The notes beneath the pieces are model-generated. The model had not been told where the DNA came from. It worked only from the letters and a program-made list of their open reading frames with translations, and did no database searches. A stretch of 64,000 nt of DNA from Mizuhopecten yessoensis. Taxonomy: Eukaryota. This document shows positions 15,501 through 29,300 of the stretch, one piece after another. The stretch is from positions 77,240 through 141,239 of the forward strand of contig NW_018405003.1 of assembly GCF_002113885.1 (NCBI RefSeq). The letters are read 5' to 3'. The translations under genes and the position numbers were made by a program. The number at the start of each line of letters is the position of its first letter. Positions within the stretch are counted from its first letter, which is position 1.

Positions 15501-17667
15501 TCTTCAAAACAAATGAACAGAACACACACACAAAGTGTACATGAAAAGATAACATCAAGTATGGCGGAAGGAAAAACGCTAGAAAAGACACGAACTCTCA
15601 ATAATAAGTATGATACCAATTAATACGATACAATACTATAGATCTTTTTAAAATGATATTTGCATTTTGAAATGATAAATTTTCAACTATGATTTAACCA
15701 AACGTAAGCGACCTACATATAGAAAATGTGTCATTAATTAATTATTCCTTACTTCATTGTACCGTAGTCATGCATGGATTATCAAATTGTTTTTCGTTTT
15801 CCAGATATCCCGTAGAATCAAGATATATTATATTCCTCACCGCGCCGTCTTGATGTGTAGGCTTTTCAACATCTTTTTCGGCCCCTGTCGTAACTCAAAC
15901 AGAACCGTTTCTACATTTTTATTGTATCCTGCTTCAACTCGAAAATAAGAATATCCAAACATCCTTATATGACCATACTTTATTGTTTGAACTTTTTTAC
16001 GATTCATACTTAAAAAACTTTCTCACTACAAGACACTTTGATAAGATTAGCACATTTTAATCTTGTCTTACCATTCAAGGTAACCTAATGCAAAGCAGAT
16101 AGTTTTTAATATACAGTACTTCATTCATGGAGATAAAAATATTTTAAAAAAATCAATTGAAATAAGCTTGGGGCGAATAATTTTCAGAAAGAAATACATG
16201 ACAGAATCAAAATAATTTGTATAGTTTGTTAACCTGTGGGGGTATATAAGAAATAACTGCATTTGCAAGAGCAATTCCTGAAACTCGTATGTATTTTGCA
16301 AAGAGCTGTTTAAACGTTTCGTAATGTACGGAACTCATATTAAATTCTGGAGAGAATTATTACTCCTAAGTCAAAAGTATTTACTTCTGAGCTATGCTAC
16401 AGGTTTTTTTTTAGGGGGGGGGGGGGTTGGAGGTTGCTATTTCTATTTACCTAACTTAAGATAAAAAAAAAACATACGCCCTAGTGACATGGAAATATAT
16501 TGAAACCAGGTTGTTTTTACTCTTTATGTAAATTAATTAGGAGATACATCCTCGACAGTGTATATCAGATGGTGCATAAGTAGAAAGACCTGGTTGAAAA
16601 TCTGATTGGAATTTAGCCAAAAGTGAATAATCAATTAAATAAATGTAAATTCATTTTATGATATTTTTGTTAACTTCACCGACAGTATTATGAGGAGATT
16701 TTGACATATTACATAAATGATGTCTTTCATCTTTTTTATTATAACAAACATTACAAGTGTACAAATACATGTACATTGAAGTGATGAAGTTCATATGGCT
16801 TGTGAAGTAATTATTTGGTTCAATTGTCTTTATATCATCACCTTTTTCATATTGGTTGGTAGAAGGGTTAATTAAGAGGTTTACCATCAAACAAATCTGA
16901 TTATTTTATTGACTAGCGTTCTTCATGTTGAATCTGTCAGTTCCAGTATGCATTCATATTGACTATGAATGACATCTGAAACCAGTCCAACGCTGAAATA
17001 TTTGCACTGTACAAAAGAAAACACGGTTTAAAGTAATCAAGACTGCGTCATCATTCATTCAATAATATTGTGTTCAAACGTTACGTTTTAGTCCATTTAA
17101 AACATTAAATATATTGTTAAGAGCCAAGCCGATATCTGCTTACCAACAAAAACCTGTAATGAATTCAATTATATTGATTATTAGTTTTAAGGTACAGAAT
17201 AAATACGTGTAAAATTCATAGTCTAGAAATTAAAACTCTCCGTCGTTGTCATATTTTTATAAAGGAAAATCATGAGATAAGCTAGTGGGATATCAGACAA
17301 TTGCATAAGATCTTAGATCAGAGTGAAATGAACTAGTATCAATACATTCAGCAATTTCATTACGGTGACTCTGATATATATCAATAATGCTTATATGTTT
17401 GCTTTCGCTTCAAAAGAATCTGTGTGTCCAAGATAACCAAGATGGTATATTTTTATTGGAGTCTGCCTTATCAATATTTTTGAGATAGATATGCTTACGG
17501 AAAATTTAACTGAGTTCTCTTAATAGCAAAGCATGAAGACCATCCAATTTTCTGCCGCACCAATGTTTAACGTTTCATGGTAACAGCTCCCTATATTTTC
17601 TATATCCGTCTGTCCCCATATCGAAGCATCATTTACAAACAGGTTCACAAGAGTAATACTGTTATAA

Positions 17668-17855
17668 ATTCCATCTTTGCGTATTGCAGAGTTATCTTCT
17701 CTTGTGAGCAGGTATTGATTGTTACGTCATTTGTTTGTGAGAGTAACGTCATCAATTTTTGAGAAAACGACGTAATTTTCTCACACAAACCAATGACGTA
17801 ACAATCAATACCTGTTCACAAGAGAAGATAACTGTGCAATACGCAAAGACGGAAT
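17668..17855. mobile_element. Palindromic (foldback) MITE, about 188 bp
   Basis: Arms of about 75 bp: ATTCCATCTTTGCGTATTGCAGAGTTATCTTCTCTTGTGAGCAGGTATTGATTGTTACGTCATT pairs with AATGACGTAACAATCAATACCTGTTCACAAGAGAAGATAACTGTGCAATACGCAAAGACGGAAT. Confidence 0.8.
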
Positions 17856-18689
17856 ACGCAACAGGACACCACTCCTCTCAATAATATTATTTTGTTTTTG
17901 TTAAAATAAAATCGAGGCCTAGTCTTGGTTACTTTGACAAATTTTTGCAAACAACTACATGAAAATACCGAGGTGTCATCAAAATCGAAAAAACTAGAGC
18001 AAATTATGAACAAATGACGCTTGAAAAGCAAGATGGAGAACAAGACCAGATGAACAACAGTGTAGAAAATAAAGTGATCGTTTTTCATAACTGTATCTGT
18101 CGGTAACGTATACAAAAATATAATAAATACTATCATAAGTAAATAAAAAAAATCCGTTAAAGATTGACTGACTAAACGGACATGTATGACATTTAGATTT
18201 CCTTGATTGACAGCGTGGTCCTGTTTCTGACACCAAGAGTCCTGACACAGTCGATAACAGTGCGAATAATAAGTGCCGTCCCCATATAATGTAACTCCAA
18301 TAAGCAAATGCATTTCTAAGGTCAATACATAAAAGATACGATTGTTCATTTACGAATTTAATTGGCTCCTGTCTCGTCATAACAATTCTAATCTACATCA
18401 TGATACATTTCTGTGCATATCGAAAGCGTAATCCTTCGATTCTGAGGATGATGATTGCTCGTTAACTTACCTATTATTTATGATTCAAGGGGTAGATATT
18501 GTCTCCACTCTCCCATTGGTAACATGCTCAAGCAACGAAGAGAGGCGTTAATATTAAACATCCTTATAAGGCGTTCATTATATATACGAAGTTCTTCGAT
18601 ATAAAACTGTGATTCGAACTCAAATGTATCGAAACTAGGGCAAAAGATGAACAAACGCACGGTTAACATGGAACTGACTAAAAAAGAGG

Positions 18690-20000
18690 GAAAATGAGAC
18701 CAGGTGTTCCAAAAGGGTAAACGTCTTCTGCTCCTCGACGACTTCCGCGATATAGATTTTGGTCACTGAATCAAAGCAATAACACGCCCTCTTAGCGATA
18801 ACAGGGACAATGGAACCGAAAGACACCAATGTGAACATAATTCAAAGCACTGACCTTCATAACGAGTCCGAATGTTGTGTATTCGGCCCTAAGCAGTTAC
18901 CATACATCTTCACCAAAGGGCAGAAAGGAGAAGGAGTTCAGTACATGGACAATGCTTCACACTGTCAACTTGATTCTCAGAAACAAACATTAACATCTGT
19001 TTAAAAAGGACCGAAAATTTCCTTTGTAATAGTTTCATTGATGAAAAGCTTGTTGTCCATGATCACACACTTAACTTTTGATAAGCCAGTATACAAGATG
19101 ATTGGGGTTTTTTTCAAATGTTTGGTGTGATTACACCTGCAATGGTTCATTTCATAACTGAACAGATTAACGGTGAACGTGATCGGTATCCACCTCGGAT
19201 TCCTCTACCAGTACCTCAGCTGATCGCTACCTACACGACGTTGGACCTCCTAGCGGTTTATTCTTTTTACACTATATATATGTGTTTATTTATTACTTAC
19301 GTCCTGATATGTATGGTAATAGCGTTTGGTATTGTCATGAGAAAATGCTGTATCGTACAATGGCGTCTTGCTCGTCCATCAGATTTGTTAGCAAACTGTA
19401 TTGACTTTGGCCCAATCAACGGCTCAAACATTTTGAACATGCTTGCTGGAAAAAGAGAATATTCAAACAGGTTACACCACCATCAATGTTTTTTTCTTAT
19501 TATCCATTTTGCACAGAACTGGTAAGTCACATAACTCAAAGCACTGACATTCATAACGAATCCTTGTGTTGTGTATTCGGCCCTAAGGAGTTACCATCAA
19601 TCACTGAAATCGTGATATAGGTTAGAGAAGCAGGAATGGTAACAGGCCGTTTATCGTAGAGCTCAGTAGATATCCTTCACTATTGGTCATACGATGGGCA
19701 TGGTCAATACATTTCTTGTCATCCAAAAACAGAACATCGTCGATTTATCTCGAAATGAAATTGAAAGTCTTGGCTAAGCTTGTGTTTACCAGTCCTGATA
19801 AGCTCTTCACTAGCATCAACCTCGTGTGAAAAGGAAATAAATACTTCCATGAACGCAGAATATTTTCCCCTATAAAAGTCCGAACAGTCTGCTGGAAATC
19901 ATTGCCACCGAACTCATTTAAGATATTGTCAACCAGAAACTTAACCGTTCTCAAGTGTCCATCATCAGTATACTTTATCTTGGCTTCCTTCAATGGTACT
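18690..20000 (-). mobile_element. Degraded Penelope-like retroelement reverse transcriptase remnant
   Basis: The minus-strand translation KFLVDNILNEFGGNDFQQTV...LAKTFNFISR*IDDVL...STELYDKR is a decayed version of the FLIDNIFV.FGG..FQQ..GIPMG...FNFT.RYIDDVL...LYDKRDDF RT motifs. A 3' segment GCAGAAGACGTTTACCCTTTTGGAACACCTGG (~18700-18732) resembles a common mollusc repeat tail. Confidence 0.65.
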
Positions 20001-23000
20001 CGTAAATCCGCTGAACTTGATTTTATAATAAATTCAATTACTATTTCTTGCTTCCATTGTCTGAGTATACAATTGAGCAGAATGTATCGGTTCCTCCTTA
20101 AAACATCACACAGAATTCGTTATATAACTTGGCATATGGTGGTAGGCGAATATAATCCGGTCAAGTTGTCCCGAGAAACTGTTATAAAAGGGCAGATATT
20201 TCCCCGGATTTTCGGACGAAACACTCTACCTTAACTTATTTCCCACTCTTTTCACTACGTTAATACTGACGTCATCTATTATGATTTCACACATTAACAA
20301 CAAACGGATACACGAAGTTATAGGCACGGTCTCATCTTTGTTATTAAATATTGCATATTTTCAAATATGTCAACCATGCATTAATGCGTGATGGGAAATA
20401 AAGAATACCTCAATACCTTAATACGTTCGAGTCTCTCTTTCTCGCGACAGAAACTTCGAGGATGGATTCACCCTTATTTGTTATTACCAATGTTGTATTC
20501 AGAAGTATTTTTACGGTGTATTTCTTCTGAGAATTATTTCTGCAGACATATCTGGAGAGGACTTTTCTATGTTTGTATGCACTTGTCCATGGATTTGTGC
20601 ATGTATCTCATACATATATCATCTTTTAAAGCTTTTTAAAATAAGGATTTTTCTGAATAAATATAACGATTTTGCTGCGTAACTATTCTTTTGTGTGAGT
20701 ATCAATTTTGAAATAAGATAATTAATGCAATTTTGATTTGAAAAAGCATGTCACCAAAAATGTCTAATCGCTTTGTCCTCGGATGAACGTTATTACTTGT
20801 AAAACACGCTGAGTGACAACAATTTCCAGGAATCTTGAATATGATTGGCCCTCAGCCTTCTATACCTCGTCCTATTAATACTGATATGTGTACTAGAGAG
20901 GAGGCGGAGACGGGGTTCCCCAACATCAGTTACATGCACTTGACCTTGTAATGTCCGTACACATGTATTACACATAAACTTTTTCCTCTTAAGTGAGAGA
21001 ACTTGTCGCGGGGTGAACACACTCCTCGACAACACTATACGATGGTACGGCATTTGATGTGTTAGAGTCGCTATGGATGTTTTGGACACAGAAACGTCCC
21101 GTACGATGTGCTCTAAAGAACAACCATCGACCACTTTCTACCTATGTGCCTATATGTGCTATATTTACGGATATCGAATCGAGGACATTTTGGTAAGTTA
21201 AAAAAAAAATAATGAAAGTTATTGTGAAATATTTTACTTTTTTTTCTGGAATGTACTTTATGGTGGAACATTTGATTACACATTATAAATGTGCATATTA
21301 CCTTTGTATTGTGATTTCACAATCACATTTCATATTTGTATTGTGACGTCATGACAATTTACAAATTGAACGGTAAACACTGCAGTAATTCAAAAATAAC
21401 AAATACCGGCACTACCGTCTTTAGTGCTGCTTATAATTCAATGTCCTCTTCCCGATTTATCGCGTATAAATGTATACCTCGCTAAACAACGTTATTTGAG
21501 TACTGTATCACGAGTGCTGGAGTCGCGTGTCCCCACCCCTGTACAAATAAACACGTTTTCGGACTTGAGCAAGGCTATTAACTGATTTTGGTTGCAGTAG
21601 TTTTGCTAGTTTTCAAGATTACTTTTGGGAGAGGACTTTAGTTATGATAGTGCTGTATAATTTACAATGACGTACTTCGTTGATATTAATGTTATGTGAC
21701 TTGATTAAGTAATATTAACCGAATATATTCGATGAATCACAGGTGTCGACATTACATCATCCGGTTCGGATATATATAAAATGAACTACAAGAACGTCAT
21801 TTTTAGCAGACGCCTAGGTTGTAGTACGCTACCGCGTAACAGAAGAATAATATAATTTTCTTTGCAACACACAATTTAGTAAAAAAAAAATGTTGAACAA
21901 TTGTCCAGTGGTTTTCGGTTTTATTTGTGATTATTTTCTTGTCTATGGAATTGCCTAGTAGTTGTTGATCACGCAGACGGGTTAAATTGGGAGAACCTGA
22001 ATAATTAAAGCTACTTTAGCCAGTGGCGGGGTAGCTGTAATAAATTATGCACCCACTCCTTTAATACCTCCCATCTGAGGGGGACAAACATATATCCTGC
22101 ATCAGTCTCCGACTGGTCAGTCGTAACCTAAATGTGTTAGGGTCGGTATATCATTTTTAAAGGTGTATTACCTGTACAATTGTCTTGGCACATTTAAGCA
22201 ACATCTGTGTATTGTGTGTGGTGACCGAGTTCTAAACCACAAAGGGTCGTGTGAAAAATGGAAGAAACCCCAACTTTCAATTACAGACACACCTCTACAA
22301 GTCGATTATACAGATGGAGGCTGGTCTACGCAGGGTTTGTTTATTAAACAAAATGCGCACGATTGCAGGGAAGAATTTTTCTACAGGATTTTTCATTTTT
22401 TCTTTTGTCAATTACCAAATAGTTTGGAGGAAAAAACACGCTTCGTAAACCTTTATATTAAAAGGGAAATAGGGTAAAGTTGTGCGGTAGTCATTCAATA
22501 AATCAAATATTCTTTCTCCCAAAGAGCAGGGTGGTGGGATATTAAATTGATTATATAATTGAAAAAAACACGGTTTAACGTCTAATTTATTGATGCAAAA
22601 AGCTTTTTTTTAACAAAACTCATACAATTAATAACAGTATAATAACCGATACATAAGATACTTTCAAAAGTAATACCACAGGATTTTTGTTATTTAGATA
22701 TCGTGGATTTTCCCAAGCATCTTTACTACGAGGCCAATGTGGTGGCATAATATATAGGTTTATATTTTGACACACTTATCAATATATACCCCAACCAAGA
22801 TTGCATTTCCATAGAAAAGTAAGGATACGATTATTAATTTTTGCTTGTGATATGTTTAAAATGCAAGTAACAAAAGTTAGGTCAATTTGAAAACAAAATG
22901 ATTTTGGTTAATCTTCTTCTGTCTAAAAAATATAAAAACAAATGAGTACTAAAATGTTAACAAAACAATAATCAGATACTATGATGAGTATGCTTGAGTA

Positions 23001-25943
23001 TTTCATCATTTTCCAGTTCACAGGAATATAATTTTGACTCTTTTTTTCTTTGATATAATTCATTGCTAATGCAAATATGGTGAAAAGTATTTTCGTTTGC
23101 ATACCTGCATGTTTGTTAGAAAGAGCAATTTAGTCGGCATTATATAAGTAATCATGTGATTTCACCTTTAACATTTAACATTAGGATATCATTTTTCTGT
23201 CACCTGCTGGGGAAAATGCTTTTCTACTTATCACTTTTGTATTTCAATCTTATCAAGCTTCTAATATATTACAGGTTTTCGGAATGAGATTCGTCAGATT
23301 GGTTTAGATAATAAATGTTAAGTTTGATATGAACACTGGGACACCAGTCATTTACACCTTTTTTGACAAAGGAAACAGACGTTTTCGAAAGCTTGAAAAA
23401 TAACTTTTCAATCAATGTATATGTTCGAAAAACAAACTTAACATTTATAATGCTATGGGTACTTGAAAAATAATTGAAGATCGTTCTCAAATCTCATTGT
23501 ATTTGGTCAAAGCCCTGTAATTATATGCCTTGTAATCGTGATATCAAAGTGAGTGGACGCCAATGTTTGTCCTGGATTATGTGTTCGAGGTGAAAAAAAT
23601 ATCGAGCTTTCAGGATAACACGTGTAAATCAAATACTCGAGATAACGTGTTGAGTAATATTTGTATTACAACAATTTCGTACCAATAAATAAGCGTATAG
23701 TATTCACTCCTGTTGGCCTGGATGGTAACGTGCAAGGGGCTTCATTTTGGAGGAAAATAGAGTATTCGGTGAAAAGAGTTGCGTTTGTCCTAAATGCACC
23801 ACGTACCGAAGTGAAGCAAAACTTCGCCGCCAATTTTCACTGTTTAATATTGAACATTTGCATAACATGTTTACAAACTGACAAGAAAATGATCATCTGA
23901 TAGAACACATCGTACGGGTTTAAACTATGAGTTCGGCGGTGGGGTTAGGAACAGACGAGCAAAACAAAGCAGATCAAGATAGATTGAATTTAAGTTTTGA
24001 ACGATATAAGCGAATAATGCCAGTTAATTGTTATTGTGTCGCAGAACAAATACATCCCTTAGGATGCTACAAATTATGAATATACTCCGCTCATTTATAT
24101 GACATTTTGCTGTCATTTCGAGATAGTCCGGAGGATTGGGATTCAGTAGAATTGCATTTCTTTGAACTACGTGTAACTTTAACCGGTAACCCGAAATGGA
24201 TATACATGTACCAGGAGACCGTTCTGACGAACTAGTTATAATTGGCATCCTTGATTTAGCTGGTTTGCATTGGTGTTTCCAATAGATTTTCTGAGCATAC
24301 TCTCTTAATTTTATATCAAATATGTATGCTTCCGTTACATGTACCTCTCACTGAAAAAAATACCCTTATAACCTTTGACTGAAATTATCTCATAAATATG
24401 TTAGGAATTCAAATCACAAATTTATTGATATTTAACAGTTGATTCGATGCTAAAAAAATATGAAGTCAAAATAGTTTGAAACCTATTGATCAAAACCTAA
24501 TATAAGTCATATAGAAATGTAAATTCAATATATATCAATATATTTAAGTAATAACTAGCTAGCAATATATCTTACCTACATGACATTAACTAATTGCATA
24601 ATACAATTACAGTATATGTAAGAGTAGTCAAATCTAGCAATATGTGTACATTTTCATTACATTTGAAATACAAAGCTGCCAAGACCTTTAGTACATTGTA
24701 AATGCGTGTACTGTCAAATCTAGCATTATATCTTTATCGCATTGTTTAACTTACATTCGAACAATGCAACACAAAATCTATCCCAAATGTCAAAGATCAC
24801 TGCCTGAGTGTCAAGGCGCTCATTCCGCTAGGTAAGTCGGCTGCTGCTGCTGATGTTGCTGTATCGCTTTGTATGTGTTATGATGGCTCCTCCTGCATCG
24901 CGTTGTATTTATTGAAAATTTATTAAATATCATATTTGTAATTGTCTGTCTATGAAATCAAAAGTTATTGAAATGTTGATAGTAGGTGCAATAACTTTTT
25001 CCAAATCCATTTTACCCATTTGGACAATAAATATGTTTAAGTCACTTAAATGTCATATCCGCATCACAATAAACAATAAAATATTTATATAAAAAAAATA
25101 TAAATTTATTTCGAAGTCTTATTTTCTTAATCTTATTAATCATTGTTGATATCTTATTACTAAATTATCATCTTTTAACCTGAGTAAATACAAAACCTTA
25201 GATAGATCAATTAACCACAGGTTAAAACACAAATTCAGTACAGGTAACCAACACAGAAACGGACTATAATCCTTCTATCCACGTTTTTTTTCTTCGTTTT
25301 TTCTTCTTCTAAAAAGTTGGGAAATATAGAACAGGTCTTGATAAAGCAGGATATACCAAAATCCCATTATTACATTTTCAGCACTTTTCTCGTATTTTGT
25401 GGTTAAAATGTATTGCAAGTGTGTAACAAGGATTAAACACATCTTTTGGAATCATTAGAAAAGAAATAGTTAAAGAAATGCAATTCTGCCAAATTGCTTT
25501 TGATCGCCAAGATTTTTTTTTAAATAATTTATTTTTGTCTTTTTCCCTAATGTTTGCCTTAAAGACGACAACACAAAAAGTGATGACGTCGTACACCGCA
25601 ATTTATAATGCTAACTTCTGATTGGTTGAAGTTGCTTGGCAATATTAATGAAATTAATGCCCAGTGATTATTTATTTTTTGTACAAAACAATTTTACTTT
25701 TAACAGAAATTGATAAGTGTTTATGTGTTATGAACTATAAAATATTGCCTGTCTTTTTTAAATTCAATTATAAGGGATAACCATTTGTGCATTTTTTCTC
25801 TGGTATATACCATATAGAACCCCCAGAATATACCTGGTAAAACATTGCATCCTTAATGATGACTTCGTTTCACAGAAACCGGATGTAAGTGACAGCAAAA
25901 AATGATATCAAGTCACCGAAATCTGCTTTTTTACACTTCGGAG

Positions 25944-26171
25944 AAGGGGTGGGCCACGGTGGCCAAGTGGTTAAGGCGTCGGGCATTTGCTACCACTAGC
26001 CCTTCACCACTGGGTCGCGGGTTGAGGCCTACGTAGGGACAGTCACCAGGTACTATCCGCACGTCACGTCGGTGGCTTTTCATCGGGTACTCCGGCTTTC
26101 CTCCACCATCAAAACCTGGCACGTCCTTAAGTGACCAAAATTGTTAATGGGACGCAAAATCCAGACAAATA
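25944..26171 (+). mobile_element. tRNA-derived SINE with V-domain-like core and target-site duplication
   Basis: A-box GGTGGCCAAGTGG, degenerate B-box GGGTTGAGGCC and core GGGTACTCCGGCTTTCCTCCACC. Flanked by TACACTTCGGAG (25932-25943) and TACGCTTCGGAG (26172-26183). Confidence 0.85.
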
Positions 26172-26894
26172 TACGCTTCGGAGCCTACACCCACCGCAGA
26201 ACGAGGCTTACAATTTACCTCATATTGGGTTCTATCCGCAGATGAAATTAACCTCCAATTACCATCGCTTTCTTTAATGTCTTTGAGCGAAGGCATGAAC
26301 AGTATTATTGATAGTTCGTTAACACCAGATTATTGGTCTTGGTGCCTAACAACAAGAACAAAATTAAAGCGTAGAACATGTTCCAGGAATAAAAACCTCA
26401 CAACATTTCCATAGCATGAGTAAACAAGAATAGGAGAATCGAATTAAATAATTACTATATCTGTCTATGATATAAGGAAGATAGAAACTCTATGATATTA
26501 GGAATATAAAATCTCTATGATCTTACGAATGTTAATACTCAATGTTAATAGTGATATGAATAGTCTATGGTTTCATCATGCAATAGTCGACCTTTACTAT
26601 AAATAAGGCATTCCCCAGACATGTCAAAAAAATCAGTCGTCATTTTGAAAATCTAGATGATACAAGGGTGTCTAGATAAACGATAATGTGAACGCTGAAG
26701 GTAGATCAACACTATATTTAACAAGCCTACTGCGCATGTGCATTACCTGTCCTGATACGGCACTCCTAAAGTCATTTCGTCATGCCACCACGGTGATGAA
26801 GTAGACCGGTCTGGGAATTATATCCGTAATTCTAGATAATGATCTAAGACCAAAATTGTTCAAATAATGCATATTTAAATAAAATACTTCCATT

Positions 26895-29300
26895 ACTCCG
26901 CCCTCCTTTGTATTTCGTCTTTTCTATAATCAGTTCCCTCTATACAGCGCCCCCGTTTAAATATCATCCCCTCAATAATCCGTTCTCTCCATACAATGTC
27001 TACTTTATACTTTGTTCCAGGCATGTTCCGACCCCTATTTCCGTTCACTCTATGTTCCGTTCTCTCTATGGCCCGTCCCTTCCTTAATACGCCCCCTCTT
27101 TTACTCTTCATATTTTTCCACTGTCTTCTCTGGCTTCTATACTCCTTCACCTCTGTATCCCCCCCCCCCCTCCCCGCCCCCCTCAAGACACCGTCACTTC
27201 TATACTCCTTCACCTCTGTATCTCCCCCCTAGACACCGTCACTTCTATACCCTTCACCTCTGTATCCCCCCCCCCCCCACCCAAGACACCGTCGCTTCTA
27301 TACTAATTCACCTCTGTATTCCGCCCCCTCGAGATACCGTCGCTTCTATACCCTTCACTTCTGTCTTCCACCCCCTCAAGACACCGTCGCTTCTATACTC
27401 CGATGTCTCTGTACTCCGTCCCTTTAAGACACAGTCGTTTCTATACTCCTTCTTCTGTATACAGCGCCCCCTCTAGACACCATCCCTTTTGTACTATGTT
27501 TTCTGTCTTCTCTGTACTCTGACCCTCTAGACACCGTCCCTTCCATACACTGTCTTCTCTGTACTCCGCTCCCTCTAGACACCGTCCAATCTATACTCCG
27601 CCTTCTCTGTTATCCGTTCCATCTTTTTTATACACTGTCTTCTCTGAACTCCGACCTCCTAAAGACACCGTCCCTTCTAAACACTGTCTTCTCTGTACTA
27701 CGCCCGCTTTATTCCGTCTTCTCTGTACTCCTTCCACGCTAGCCACCGTCTAAAGTCCGTTCCCTCTAGACAACGTTCTTTCTATAATCCGTCTTCTCTG
27801 TACTCCGCACCCTCTATACACCGTCCCTTCTATGCTCAGTCTTCTCTGTACTCCGCCCCTCTAGACACCGTCTCTTATACACATTGTCTTCTCTGTATTC
27901 CGTTCCCTCTAGCCACCGTCCAAAAGATACTTTGTCTTCTCTGCACTCAACTCCATCAAGACACTGTCTCTTATATACATATTTTGCCTTCTCTGTACTC
28001 CGCTCCGTCGAGAAACCGTCCCTTCTATACTCCGTCTTCTCTGTGTTCCGTCCCCTCTAGAAACCATCCTTTCTTTACTCCGTTTTCTCTGTAATCCGTC
28101 CCCTCTAGAAACCGTTCCTTCTATACTCTGTATTCTTTGTACTCCCTCCACTCTAGACACCTTCGCTTCTATACTCCGATGTCTCTGTACTCCGTCCCTT
28201 TAAGACACAGTCGTTTCTATACTCCTTCTTCTGTATACAGCGCCCCCTCTAGACACCATCCCTTCTGTAATATGTTTTCTGTCTTCTCTGTACTCTGACC
28301 CTCTAGACACCGTCCCTTCTATACACTGTCTTCTCTGTACTCCGCTCCCTCTAGACACCGTCCAATCTATACTCCGCCTACTCTGTACTCCGTCCCATCC
28401 TTTTTATAATTCGTCTTTGTACTCCGTCCCCTCTAGACACCGTCCCTTCTATACTACGTCGTCTCTGTACTACGCCCACTATACACATCGTCCCTTCTAT
28501 GGTCTATCATCGCTGTAATCCGTCCCCTCTAGACACCATCCCTTATATATATTCCGTCTTCTTTGTACTCCGTCCCCTCTTGAAACCGTCCCTTCTAAAC
28601 TCCGTCTTCTCTGTACTCCGCCCCCTCTACATACCGTCCCTTCTATACTCCGTCGTCTCTGTAATCCGCCCACTCTAAACACCGTCCCTTCTATACTCCG
28701 TCTCCTTCTATACTCCGTCTTCTTTGTACTCCACCCCCTCTAGACACCGTCCCTTATATACTCCGTCTTCTCTGTTCTCCGTGTTCTTTATACGGCACCA
28801 CCTCTTTACACCGACCCTTCTATACTATGTCTTTTCTGTACTCTGTCCCTTCTATATTCCGTCTTCGTTGTACTCCAACCACTCTAGACACCGTTCCTTG
28901 AATACTTTGTCTTTTCTGTTCTATCTCCCTTCTATTATCCGTCTTTTTTGTGCACCGCCCCCTCCACACACCGTCCCTTCTACATTCCGTTTTCTCTGTA
29001 CTCTGCCTCCATTAAAAACCGCCCTTTCTAGACACCTTCACCTCTGTATTCCACCCCCTCTAAACACCGTCCCTTCTATACTTCGTCATCTCTGCACTTC
29101 GCCCCCTCTAGACACCGTCCCTTCTATAATCCGACCCCTCAAGACACTTTCCCTTCTATACTCTGTCTTCTTTGTACTCCGTCCCCTCTAGGCACTGTCC
29201 TTTCTATATTCCGTTTATTCTGTACTTCATTTCTCTGGACACCGTCCCTTCTATACTCCGTCCCCTCTATATACTGCCCCCTTTATATCTATACATCGTC
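26895..29300. repeat. Degenerate CT-rich minisatellite (about 47-50 bp unit)
   Basis: Recurrent CTCTAGACACCGTCCCTTCTATACTCCGTCTTCTCTGTACTCCGYCCC; accounts for the ORFs called at 26893-29191. Confidence 0.92.

Noticed and set aside
17816-18380. 177 aa and 128 aa hydrophobic ORFs as membrane proteins
   Set aside because: F/I/L-rich composition is expected from AT-rich DNA; the longer ORF overlaps a MITE arm; no splice or homology support.
25951-26040. tRNA gene
   Set aside because: An A-box is present but no clean cloverleaf can be formed; it continues into a SINE core and is flanked by a TSD.
26893-29191. ORFs in the CT-rich region and other repeat-derived ORFs (5888-6240, 38221-38421, 58394-58916)
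   Set aside because: Translations of tandem repeats or low-complexity DNA.
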